A stretch of DNA of 54,111 nt. It comes from Bdellovibrionota bacterium (GTDB taxonomy: Bacteria > Bdellovibrionota_C > UBA2361 > JBGSMV01). Of this stretch, positions 31,055 to 40,522 are shown piece by piece. Below the pieces are notes generated by a model. It ran no database searches. It had not been told where the DNA came from and worked only from the letters and a program-made list of their open reading frames with translations. The stretch spans positions 1 to 54,111 of the forward strand of contig JBIKWF010000015.1 of NCBI GenBank assembly GCA_044356455.1, written 5' to 3'. Positions within the stretch are counted from its first letter, which is position 1. Each line of letters starts with the position of its first letter. The position numbers were made by a program, and so were the translations under genes.

Positions 31055-31849
31055 GTGAAAGGAATTATCCTCGCCGCCGGCATGGGAACTAGAATGGGGA
31101 AGTATACGAAGGATCTCCCCAAATGCATGCTTTCTTTTAATGGAAAGTCCCTGGTTGAATGGCAGATGGCAGCCTTAAGAAAATGCGGTGTGAACGATAT
31201 CGTCATTGTTCGCGGTTACCAGCCGCATACCATCAGCTTTGCGGATGTCGAGTATCGAGATAATCCGAGCTTTGCGAGCACCAACATGGTGGCCTCCCTC
31301 GCGGCGGCGAGGGACGCGCTCCTCAATGATAAGGATGGATGTGTTGTTTGTTACGGCGACATTATTTATGAGCCCCGGCTCATCGAGGCCATGCTTCAGG
31401 TGAAAGATTCCGTCGGCGTACTTGTTGACGAGGAGTGGCAGGCGCTTTGGCAAGCTCGCTCCTCGAATTGGCGGGAGGATGTTGAAAGCCTTGCCTTTAG
31501 CACTACAGGGAAGGTTGTTGAAATTGGATCTCCCCATGTGGCCCCTGAAAAGTGCATGGCGCGCTACGTGGGAATACTCTCTTTCTCCGCTCAGGGGATA
31601 AAGGAGTTCTTTAAGATTTACGACGAGCTCTCACTCGCGCATCAGGGCTCCGCCCAAAGGTGGAGACACTCACGCTCCTTTTCGCAGGCCTACATGACGT
31701 GCATGCTCCAGGAAATGATCGATCGCAAGGTTGCGGTGCAGGCGGTCCCCGTAAAGCATGGCTGGCTTGAGTTTGATACGGCTGAAGATTACGAGGTCTA
31801 CCTCGCGCTTCTCGAAAATCGCAAACTAGAGCAGTTCTTCCGATTTTAA
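31055..31849 (+). CDS. LicC/Cj1416-like CTP-dependent nucleotidyltransferase
   Basis: IILAAGMGTRM, PKCML, TNMVASL, YGDIIYE and WLEFDT; GTG start after AAGGAG. Confidence 0.88.
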   Translation: MKGIILAAGMGTRMGKYTKDLPKCMLSFNGKSLVEWQMAALRKCGVNDIVIVRGYQPHTISFADVEYRDNPSFASTNMVASLAAARDALLNDKDGCVVCYGDIIYEPRLIEAMLQVKDSVGVLVDEEWQALWQARSSNWREDVESLAFSTTGKVVEIGSPHVAPEKCMARYVGILSFSAQGIKEFFKIYDELSLAHQGSAQRWRHSRSFSQAYMTCMLQEMIDRKVAVQAVPVKHGWLEFDTAEDYEVYLALLENRKLEQFFRF

Positions 31850-32328
31850 TCGCGTGACTCGGGTCGCTCGAGAAGTTTGAGCATATCGAGAGCGGTAATA
31901 ACTCCGAAAAGCTGCGCGTTCCTCGCCACAAGCACACGGTGAATACCGTGGGATCGCATTGCGGAAGCAATCTCCGGTATCGGCGCTTCAGGCTCAACAG
32001 TTATCACGTAGGGGTTCATCACCTCCTCAACTTTGACCGATCCAAGCTTTGCCAGGCTATCTTCAAGAACAGGAGCGCCCTCTTCGGACCAGGAAAGGGC
32101 CTGGTAAAATGACGAAGCATGGTGGGGGTCAAAAGTATCTCGAAAGGCTTTTCGTGCGAGGTCTACCTGGGAGACGACTCCCACTAAAGCCCCTGAGGAT
32201 GAAACAACGGGAGCGCCACTAACCTGCGCCGTACTTAAGAGCTGCCAGGCACTCCGAAGAGAGGTCTCCGGAGCGAGGGTTTCAACACGAGAAGACATAA
32301 TGTCTTGAGCAGTGAGGGTCTTGGTCAT
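31846..32328 (-). CDS. CBS-domain protein
   Basis: AQDIMS, SGAPVV, GVVSQVDL, VEEVMN, IHRVLV and GVITALD. Confidence 0.88.
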   Translation of the reverse strand: MTKTLTAQDIMSSRVETLAPETSLRSAWQLLSTAQVSGAPVVSSSGALVGVVSQVDLARKAFRDTFDPHHASSFYQALSWSEEGAPVLEDSLAKLGSVKVEEVMNPYVITVEPEAPIPEIASAMRSHGIHRVLVARNAQLFGVITALDMLKLLERPESRD

Positions 32329-32471
32329 AATTCTTTCTCCTCGGAGGTGTTCTGAGTAGAGTAGCTCGGAAGCTCGAATTTTCAAGCACTCTTTCAAGAC
32401 TTTCAATTTGGGCTGAGGAAGTTGAATATTTCGTTCATTCTCTTCTTGCGGGAATTCGCCAGAAGCACGTC

Positions 32472-33668
32472 TTAGATGCGCCCATTCTGCGGTGCCTGAA
32501 CGAAGGGCGCGTATTTCTGCGAAAGCTTATCACTTAAAAGCTCAGCCAGGGAACCACTCTGACTGAGAAAGGACATGGTGCTGTTGATAAGATCACACAG
32601 CTCTGGAATATCAGGCCTCACGGCAATCGCGTCTTCATAATACTGCAGCGCCCTGCCCTGCTCAGCAAAGAGCAGCGAAAGTTTCTGCGCATGGGCCGTT
32701 GCAAGTTCAAGGGCAATATTCGAATCACAGATGAGCAAATGTGCCGGACGCCCCACGGTCGACATGGCAACGCGCTCCAGTGACTCTTCGCTAGTCTCAC
32801 AAATCAGCAGCTGCTCATCAGGCAATGCAAGCTCGGTAGTGACAAAGTGGTGCGCTTGCGACTCTTTGAGTACCGCGATTTGATAGAAGCGGTTGCGCAG
32901 GTCATTTCTCGTCGTGGGCTCTGGTAAGGGCGCAAGACGCGGGTGAGCCTCCTTTCGATAGAGCGCCGAGAGCCCCACACTACAAAAGGCGCGGGTATAA
33001 CGCGCACCCTCTAAACGCCGCGGGGTGGTGAAAACTGGTCCAAATAAATCAAGCTTATCGCGGGCAAACAGATCTGTGTAATCAGTGTGAGAGATATCTT
33101 TCAGCTCTACATCGCATTGCAAAGAAGAGGACAACACTCTTAGCAATGTCGGGAAGAATCCTCGCACCTCATTCGCGCTTGCATTTCGGGAATCAAAGAA
33201 CATGGTCTGAAGTCTGTTAAGCCCCACGCGAAGCGGTCTGCCTGAGGTAATATCTCGAAAGCGTTTGGGCCCAAGCTCTGCGCGTACTACCTGTGCTATA
33301 GCATCGCGAAATCCGCGCATGTCGAGCTTGACGCTTAGCAGTCCATCATCGGCTTCTTTGCGCGGTCCAAGAGCAACGGGCTCTTCGTAGGGCCATGGCA
33401 AACTTAGCCCCGCTGCTCGAAAAATTTGGGCAGGGTCTTCAAGCTTAAAATTGAGGGCGAGAAGAATGAGGCTCGAACGACCCGGCACTCTTCCATAGCG
33501 CCCGATCTGCGCCAGATAGGAACGGCTTAGGCCGACTCGGCCCGCCAATTCATCCAGCCCTAACCTCTCGCGTCTTTTCCATACGCTTACCTGTTCGTTA
33601 AAAAGCTGCTGGAGTGCCTTCGAGCGCGCAAAAGAGGGTGGAGGAGTGTTTTCGCCGGCGTTATCCAT
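32472..33668 (-). CDS. XRE-type HTH fused to periplasmic-binding-protein (SBP family 3-like) domain
   Basis: N-terminal LGLDELAGRVGLSRSYLAQI; C-terminal LRVG, GF...L, TPRR...YT and IAVLKES; no signal peptide. Confidence 0.65.
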   Translation of the reverse strand: MDNAGENTPPPSFARSKALQQLFNEQVSVWKRRERLGLDELAGRVGLSRSYLAQIGRYGRVPGRSSLILLALNFKLEDPAQIFRAAGLSLPWPYEEPVALGPRKEADDGLLSVKLDMRGFRDAIAQVVRAELGPKRFRDITSGRPLRVGLNRLQTMFFDSRNASANEVRGFFPTLLRVLSSSLQCDVELKDISHTDYTDLFARDKLDLFGPVFTTPRRLEGARYTRAFCSVGLSALYRKEAHPRLAPLPEPTTRNDLRNRFYQIAVLKESQAHHFVTTELALPDEQLLICETSEESLERVAMSTVGRPAHLLICDSNIALELATAHAQKLSLLFAEQGRALQYYEDAIAVRPDIPELCDLINSTMSFLSQSGSLAELLSDKLSQKYAPFVQAPQNGRI

Positions 33669-33905
33669 TGTTCAATAATATGTATTATTTAGACTTAGGC
33701 AACTTATTATGAAACGTTGTGGCTACACTGTGCGCGCTTAACAAGTCTATGTGGCGTATATTGAGCACTTAATACGCATTATGGCGCACTAATTTGGCCC
33801 AATTGTGCAATATGTGCTAGATCTCGCCTTTGAGTAGGAAACAAAATGGGGCGATTCTTAGTGAGTCGGTAGGCATTGTGCCCACCTCTCGAAAAGGAAT
33901 TAGCC

Positions 33906-35651
33906 ATGAAGAAGTACTGTTCAAAGCCCCCTCGTTCAAAGCTCTTACCTGCCACTTGGATACTTGCTGCTAGCCTTATCGCCTGCCCTGCTTTCGCAGA
34001 ATCACCTTTGGTGATGCCTGGGGAGTACCTTGTCATGCGGCCCCACTCGAGTGCCCTGCAAGCTCAGGTCTCAATCCAAGGAGCTCAGTGGCTCAAGAAA
34101 GCGGGAGACGCCAACCTTTACCGCTTCCCCACCTCGCAGTCAGCCATGAGCGCTCAAGCGACGGGTCCTGTCCCCTACTCTGCAAACACCGACCGCTGCG
34201 CTGAGATTAAAGCTCAGTCTCCTGGTGTTCTCTGTTCGCCCAATTTCATTCGTAAGGCGAGCGCTATGCCCAATGACCCGGGATTCTCCTACCTCCACGG
34301 CCTAGAGAATGGTTCAAGCTATGACATTGATGCGCCCGAGGCCTGGGACACGACCGTTGGCGGCAACGCCCCTGTAGTGGCAGTAGTCGATACGGGCATT
34401 GACTACCTCCATGAGGACCTTGCCCAGAACATGTGGCGTAACCCGGGAGAAGTAGCCGCAAACGGCCTTGATGACGACGGCAACGGGGTTATTGATGACG
34501 TGCACGGCTATAACGCCGTCGCCGACTCAGGCGACCCTATGGATGACCAGTATCATGGGACCCATTGCGCCGGAACCATTGGCGCAGTCGGCAACAATGG
34601 GATTGGAGTTACCGGTGTGAACTGGCGCGTGAAGCTCATGGGCGTCAAGTTCTTAAACTCTGAAGGTAGTGGCGGCTCAGAAGAAGAGCTCCGTTCGTAC
34701 GACTATGTACTTCGTATGCGCCAACGCGGCGTTAATATAGTTGCTATTAGCGCTTCTTATGGTGGAGGCGGCGCGAATGAGATTGCCCTCGACTACATCC
34801 GCAGACTTAGAGACGCAGGAGTGCTCTTTATCGCCGCTGCCGGGAATGAATCAGAGAACAACGATAGCAACCCCTCCTATCCCGCTAACTATGCCTCAGA
34901 GAACGTAATCTCCGTGGGCGCAGTCGACCAGAATGGAAACTTGGCGGGTTTTAGTAACTACGGCCAGCAAACCGTGGACATCGCCGCGCCTGGCGTATCC
35001 ATTATTTCAACGGTCCCCGGTAACCAGTACGGAGAGCTTTCTGGAACTTCGATGGCAACTCCGCATGTTTCGGGAGTTGTCGCGCTCTTGGCTTCGGTCG
35101 GTTCAAATCGTTCGTGGCTTGATATCAAGAACGCCCTTTTGGGGGGAAGCGTCCAGCTTTCTAGCCTCTCTGGCGTGATAGCAAATGCCCGTGCGCTGAA
35201 TGCCCGTATTGCAATTGATGCTCTCATCGCAAGTCAGCCGAGCCCCCAGCCAACGCCGGCACCTGAGCCTTCTCCGGAATCTTCGGATCTTGATATCCGA
35301 GTTGGTGGCGGCGCAAATGGTTTGAGAAAGTCCGTGCGCGTTGGAGAGCAAATTGGCGTCACAGTTTTCCCGCAAGAAGGTGGGCAGGCTGAGGGCATTC
35401 TCGCTCTCTTTGTAGGCAGGACTCAGTGTCCACAGCTTTTCAAGGTAGTCACTAATGAGAATGGTCTACGACTTAGCAGTCGCTTGACCGGAGTAACTCG
35501 AGCGACGCAAGTCACCTATGTTGTGGCAAATGCTGACCGGCAGATTACTGGCGCGGATGCGGTGGTGCTCAGCCCTCGGCGTGCGAGTCGTGGGAGAACG
35601 AGAGTGAATGTGGTGTGCAATTCTTTTGCCCAAACACTTCGGGTTCGCTGA
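33906..35651 (+). CDS. Secreted S8 subtilisin-like serine peptidase
   Basis: Signal peptide; catalytic triad motifs VVDTG, HGTHCAG and GTSMATP; AAAGN oxyanion Asn. Confidence 0.92.
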   Translation: MKKYCSKPPRSKLLPATWILAASLIACPAFAESPLVMPGEYLVMRPHSSALQAQVSIQGAQWLKKAGDANLYRFPTSQSAMSAQATGPVPYSANTDRCAEIKAQSPGVLCSPNFIRKASAMPNDPGFSYLHGLENGSSYDIDAPEAWDTTVGGNAPVVAVVDTGIDYLHEDLAQNMWRNPGEVAANGLDDDGNGVIDDVHGYNAVADSGDPMDDQYHGTHCAGTIGAVGNNGIGVTGVNWRVKLMGVKFLNSEGSGGSEEELRSYDYVLRMRQRGVNIVAISASYGGGGANEIALDYIRRLRDAGVLFIAAAGNESENNDSNPSYPANYASENVISVGAVDQNGNLAGFSNYGQQTVDIAAPGVSIISTVPGNQYGELSGTSMATPHVSGVVALLASVGSNRSWLDIKNALLGGSVQLSSLSGVIANARALNARIAIDALIASQPSPQPTPAPEPSPESSDLDIRVGGGANGLRKSVRVGEQIGVTVFPQEGGQAEGILALFVGRTQCPQLFKVVTNENGLRLSSRLTGVTRATQVTYVVANADRQITGADAVVLSPRRASRGRTRVNVVCNSFAQTLRVR

Positions 35652-35764
35652 TCTAGTAGATGCAGACTCTAAGCAGAGGGGGGGGGCAAAGCTCCCCCTC
35701 TGCCATTTTAGGCAAAAGATCTTCCTTCGACAAAAGCCAAGCGCTCACCTATTCACGACATACG

Positions 35765-36091
35765 ATGAAATGGTTCCTTCCAATCTCTCTCCTCATTCGC
35801 TTTGAACTTGTCGCTGATATCTTTGCAAAAGAATGGCAGCTTAAAAGCGGCGCGTGGCGGGCCGCATGCGCCTTGGGCGCATATGTGGTTGCGAACTCTT
35901 TTTGGCTCTTTGCGCTACGCAGCGGCGCGGGCTTGGCGCGAGGCGGTCTAATCTTTGCAGTTTCGTGTGCAGTTATGGCGGTCGTGGTTGGAGTGTGGAT
36001 GTATAAAGAGCCTGTCTCAAACCTTCAGATGCTTGGAATTGTGCTGGGAATTTTTTCACTGGGTTTGATTTGCTGGGAGGAGCAGGCTTAG
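35765..36091 (+). CDS. Small multidrug-resistance/DMT-type membrane protein
   Basis: 108 aa, four hydrophobic segments, ELVADIFAK and YKEPVS..QMLGI. Confidence 0.65.
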   Translation: MKWFLPISLLIRFELVADIFAKEWQLKSGAWRAACALGAYVVANSFWLFALRSGAGLARGGLIFAVSCAVMAVVVGVWMYKEPVSNLQMLGIVLGIFSLGLICWEEQA

Positions 36092-36200
36092 GAGTCTGTC
36101 CCGTAGAAAAATTCTACCACTACAAGTTGTGGTGGCAACGGGACAGCCCCCCTACGGATTGTGTCCAAAATGAGGATTTATGTTTCTACGGGACACACTC
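36092..36200. mobile_element. MITE family B (109 bp), inverted relative to the 30844 copy
   Basis: Flanked by TTAG/CTAG; closely matches the reverse complement of 30844-30952. Confidence 0.8.
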
Positions 36201-36257
36201 CTAGCCTGGTCTTCTCGCGAATCCGATAGGTATCCCGTTAGACATGGCGGTTAGCGC

Positions 36258-36946
36258 GGGGCGGGATGCGGCGTCCTGGGGACAGGACGCCCTACCAAGA
36301 TGTCTCGCCAATGGGTAGGGCGCGCTGTCCTCAGCGCGCCGAATCAAATGTCCCGGGTTGTCCTCTGGGAGCTGTGATTCCCCAATTAGCACTAGGGCAA
36401 TACACACACCACGTGCTGGGGCGAGAGATCATGCGGCACGCCGAGGACGGCGCGCCCTACCGATGGGCGCGCAGCATTGGTAGGGCGCCGCGTCCTCGCG
36501 GTGCCGAAAGATTTCGCGGCCTATTCCAATTGATTCCGATTTTCCACCACGGGGCGGGACGAAAGATCATGCGGCGCCCTGGGACAGGACGCCCTAGCAA
36601 AATGTCTCGCCAATGGGTAGGGCGCGCTGTCCTCAGCGCGCCGAATCAAATGTCCCGGGTTGTCCTCTTGCAGCTGTTATTCCCCAGTTAGCACTAGGGC
36701 AATAACACACCACGTGCTGGGGCGAGAGATCATGCGGCACGCCGAGGACGGCGCGCCCTACCGATTGGCGCGCAGCATTGGTAGGGCGCCGCGTCCTCGC
36801 GGTGCCAAAAGATCTCGCGGCCTAATCCAATTGATTCCGATTTTCCACCAACGGGGCGGGACGAAAGATCATGCGGCGCCCTGGGGACAGGACGCCCTAC
36901 CAAGATGTCTCGCCCATGGGTAGGGCGCGCCGTCCCCGGCGTGCCG
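36258..36946. repeat. BIME/REPIN-like array of GTAG-type REP palindromes (~302-bp unit x ~2.3)
   Basis: Alternating GTAGGGCG-hairpin / hairpin-CGCCCTAC units; whole unit repeats at ~36266, ~36569 and ~36871. Confidence 0.85.
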
Positions 36947-36973
36947 TGTTCGAACCAGCAGGATCCGTGATCC

Positions 36974-38020
36974 CTATTTCGGCTCCGACTCCTGCACATG
37001 GAAATACACCCCACGCACTCGTGAGCAGTTCACGCTAGATAATTCGAGCGCCTTGCCGAAGAGTTCTAGTGCTTGATTCCGCAGTTCAGCCTCGGCTGGA
37101 AGTGCGACAATAATGGCGCCTTGCGCCGCGGCGATTTTCAATAGCCGCTTATGTATTTCAGAATCGGAGGAGATAAAGGAGCTTAGGAGGCCTCGAATTT
37201 TCCCTGCATAATCCTCGGGCGCTTTATCGGCCTCAGAAACAACACGATCAATCGCGATATCATTGGTTCTGTCTCCGTGCACCGACAGATAATAGAAGGT
37301 GGAAAGGCTCAAATTCACTATGAGACAGGGCGGAGCCGCGCGCTCGCCATCACGCCCTGCCGCCACCGCATCAGCGACATGGCTCGTATTCTTAAAGTAC
37401 CTGATAGCATGAGGTGTAATGTCCTCGCGGTTTGGACCTAGTGCCAGTTTTAGTTGATCGGCATCCGTGGTGTCGAATCCCCCCTGGCGATTTTTGAGAA
37501 CATTGTGAAAGGCCCCGTACTCGGCAAGCGCGATTCCTCGTGCTTGCGGATTTCCTATACGAGACAAGTGCTCAATAAGAAGGCCTCGCTTTATACTTGC
37601 AAGCTTTAGGTACTCAACCACTTGGGGGTCAAGGGATTGGATCCAAGCTCCCACCGCCTCAAGGTGCGCATCTCGCACCACCGTGTTTGAAGGCGAGGGG
37701 CTCGTCAAACTCCAAGGAGCCTCCGGATCGGAGCCGTCATGGTAAAAGATTTTCGTATTTTGGGCTAAATTGACGGCAACTAGTTCGCCTCTGTGAAAAG
37801 AGCGAAGAGGAGTTTCAACGTTTTTTTGAGCAAGTTTCTGAAGAGGAAGCGAATTTGCCATAAGGCGCGCAAGCTGGTCGCCCTTGCCTTCCACTGGTAT
37901 ACCTCCCTCTGGAATTGCCGGCGGCATTACGAGCGCAGGCGGCAGTCCTTGCATCTCTGCTGGGGTAGCTCGTCCGAGTCTTGCGAGCATTCGAACAACT
38001 TGAGTGAAACCAAAAGCCAT
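36974..38020 (-). CDS. Hypothetical protein
   Basis: 348-aa ATG ORF filling the gap; no recognised motif. Confidence 0.55.
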   Translation of the reverse strand: MAFGFTQVVRMLARLGRATPAEMQGLPPALVMPPAIPEGGIPVEGKGDQLARLMANSLPLQKLAQKNVETPLRSFHRGELVAVNLAQNTKIFYHDGSDPEAPWSLTSPSPSNTVVRDAHLEAVGAWIQSLDPQVVEYLKLASIKRGLLIEHLSRIGNPQARGIALAEYGAFHNVLKNRQGGFDTTDADQLKLALGPNREDITPHAIRYFKNTSHVADAVAAGRDGERAAPPCLIVNLSLSTFYYLSVHGDRTNDIAIDRVVSEADKAPEDYAGKIRGLLSSFISSDSEIHKRLLKIAAAQGAIIVALPAEAELRNQALELFGKALELSSVNCSRVRGVYFHVQESEPK

Positions 38021-38115
38021 AGGCTCGTAGTGTAGGCAAGTTTAGGCGCTATTCAACTGTGATGCGCACCCTTGGGGTGAATTTCTCAGGGCAAAATGCT
38101 TCAAAGCTTGGAACC

Positions 38116-39978
38116 TTATGCCACGCTAAGCTTTTGCTGCTGAATCCATTCGTCAAAGTCAGGGAAAAGAAACAGCTTTACGAGCCTTTCCTCTATTCCA
38201 TGCTCGACGGTTTCTTCGAAACGCTTGGGAGAGATGAGCGAACGTAGCTTCGCAAGGGCACCCTCTACTTCGCTGGTAATCTTAGCGAGCATACTAGGCT
38301 CTACATCAAGTTTCATCTGCTGAACGGCTCTGCGGCGCGCTTCTAAGTACGAGGCCTGAAGTTCCGCCAATCGGTCTCTTCCCACCGTGGACTTTAGATT
38401 GTTGGTGCCCGAGGAAGAAGTGGCCTGCGCATTCGAGGCCGAGCGTGCCTCTGGCCCCACATATAGGGCTCTTGCCGGATCGCCACGGGGAGATTCCCCG
38501 CGGAAGGCAAAGGCCGACTGCGAATGACTCGCCTTCGAAAAATGTGCCTGCGCATTCTTATCTGAGGGAAGAATAAACGCCTCGGGATGTTCAACGGCTC
38601 GATACAAAAAGCCGATGGGACTTCTGCTTACGAGTTTGCTCTTATTGCTGCAAAGTCGATCGTAGTAGGCAACGATGTCCAGGATACGCTGCAATGACGC
38701 AGCTGGGCGTCCCCGAACAAGCCTAAGGGCCTGCTGCGGAGTAATTCCCCGGGCAGCGAGAGCATCGCGTGCACTTGCTTCCAGCGTCTCTACATCAAGG
38801 GAAGCAGCCTCCTGCGGAATATTGCCGGCGATCTCTCTGCTCGGAATTTCTGATTTCCCTAAGGGGCGCTCAGCTGATCGCTGGCCACCCTGGCGAGTGC
38901 CGCGAGGAGTAAATGTACTTGCTGAGTTGGTGTCTGAATCAGCTCCATCAACATGAGCGCGGCGGGAAAACTGACCACGAAGCGGAGTTCCAAGAGCAGC
39001 GTGGTTACCAATTGCTTCAAGTTCTTCCGAGTACGCAGGAAGAATTTCCGGCTTACTCGAACGAGAGTCAACTTCGTCACGCTGTGGGCTTCGTACTTTA
39101 GAAGTAGCGCCCGACGAAGAGGCACTTTGCACCGTTATCTCTGTTCCCCTGCCCTTGCCCTGATAGTCATAGCTCGCAATGAATCCCTGCTTGATGAGTT
39201 CATCAAAGGCCGGGTCAAGCTGCTGACGCAGTGAGCTTGCATACTGATAGTTGCGAGAGATTCCAATCTTCTCATGCGCAAGCACGAACAAATTCATCGT
39301 GAGACGAGACTTGTACCAGAAGTGCTTATCGAGGAAACGATACAGGCGCTTCGAAACAGCACTTTCAAGTCCCAGATAGAACTGCAGGTCGAGCTTCTTT
39401 ATAAATCCCACTTGGAACGACTTAAACATGACGTCGCTCCAAGAGAAAAACGAAGGTTTTGCTTCTATCGTTCTTCCATCATTGATCTCATAGGCATCAA
39501 TGATGCCGAAATTTCTTGTACTGTGTGATTTGGATTCGTTGTCGTAAAAAGCGTTCGTGGCCTTAATACGCACGCCGCTTAAGCGATCCAAGGCGCGCTG
39601 AAGCCGGGTGTAACTTCGTCCCTCGGTGGTCCAGCGCAAAATTTTCAAGAGCTCATAGCGGCTGAAAAAAACTTTGCGATCTTTAAAGCCGCTATCTACC
39701 GTGAGTTTCATTAATCCAAGCAGCACCTCATCGTCTGACGCAGTGGGAAGTCCAAATTTATCTGCGCCTGTGATGATCCATTTACGCTCAATGGAGTCTC
39801 CATTCTTCGAGAACACACTGTCGGTAAACTCCAGTGTCTTGATGGTAGGATCCACTCGCGTAGAGAGGACGGTGAGAGGGAACTCAGCAAGATTCATCTC
39901 GTCGCGTGAAATCACGCGTCTTGAACTTGCGAGTAAGTTTCCCCCAAGGAGCGCTTCTGGAAATAACAATTGAGTCAT
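38116..39978 (-). CDS. repA: Plasmid-type replication initiator protein A (RPA-like) with long C-terminal extension
   Basis: DEMNLAEFP, WIITG..KFGLPTASDDEVLLGL, FSRYELLKILRW..EGRSYTRL..ALDRL and KRLYRFLDK; divergent from parA. Confidence 0.78.
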   Translation of the reverse strand: MTQLLFPEALLGGNLLASSRRVISRDEMNLAEFPLTVLSTRVDPTIKTLEFTDSVFSKNGDSIERKWIITGADKFGLPTASDDEVLLGLMKLTVDSGFKDRKVFFSRYELLKILRWTTEGRSYTRLQRALDRLSGVRIKATNAFYDNESKSHSTRNFGIIDAYEINDGRTIEAKPSFFSWSDVMFKSFQVGFIKKLDLQFYLGLESAVSKRLYRFLDKHFWYKSRLTMNLFVLAHEKIGISRNYQYASSLRQQLDPAFDELIKQGFIASYDYQGKGRGTEITVQSASSSGATSKVRSPQRDEVDSRSSKPEILPAYSEELEAIGNHAALGTPLRGQFSRRAHVDGADSDTNSASTFTPRGTRQGGQRSAERPLGKSEIPSREIAGNIPQEAASLDVETLEASARDALAARGITPQQALRLVRGRPAASLQRILDIVAYYDRLCSNKSKLVSRSPIGFLYRAVEHPEAFILPSDKNAQAHFSKASHSQSAFAFRGESPRGDPARALYVGPEARSASNAQATSSSGTNNLKSTVGRDRLAELQASYLEARRRAVQQMKLDVEPSMLAKITSEVEGALAKLRSLISPKRFEETVEHGIEERLVKLFLFPDFDEWIQQQKLSVA

Positions 39979-40407
39979 GCTGACAACGAACCTAGCCTAC
40001 TTTTAGTTAGTTAAACAATTAAGGTTTGTTTCACTAGTTTAAAGTGAGCGGGGATTATTTTCAGTGATTTTAATTGGTTAGCTCGATATATTTATGTGAA
40101 TTCACGTGGATCTTTGGCTCGAAACACGATACTTACTGTTTTCGATTCCCGTGAATCCTTATCTAGATGCGCGAGAAGTTTTTTCCCGGCGCACGTGTTA
40201 TTTCGGGTTCTAAGTGGATTCACGAGAAAAATAGGCCTCATTTCACGATTTTTGAGTCCTTTTTGTGTGAAGTTCTTGGTTCTGAGTGGCTCGTGTCTGG
40301 AGATAAAGAATCGTGGGCTTGGTTAAGGTAATGATGGATTTTGGGGCTGAATTTTGCCAGATTCAGCTTCATATCTCGGGATTTTTTACATGAATGCTCG
40401 ATAGCGT

Positions 40408-40467
40408 GCAGTGATATAAGCCGCAGTGATATAAGCCGCAGTGATATAAGCGCGCAGTCACATAATT
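40408..40467 (+). repeat. 15-bp tandem direct repeats (candidate iterons/operator)
   Basis: GCAGTGATATAAGCC twice, GCAGTGATATAAGCG, then degenerate GCAGTCACATAATT, in the repA-parA intergenic region. Confidence 0.8.
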
Positions 40468-40522
40468 CGTGTAGATTTTTCGGCCAAGTTAGCAGTTAAC
40501 CTTTTGAAATAACTGAGATTTC

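Noticed and set aside
36258..36946. CRISPR array
   Set aside because: Palindromes alternate in orientation, the intervening sequences are themselves duplicated rather than unique, and no cas genes are present; this is a REP/BIME pattern.
36201..37014. Short ORFs across the REP arrays (also 42298-42707 and 45463-45986)
   Set aside because: They are translations of GC-rich repeats with no protein features.
40098..40113. Canonical parS (GAATTCACGTGGATCT)
   Set aside because: Only about 11/16 match with broken outer arms; the palindromes after parB are better candidates.
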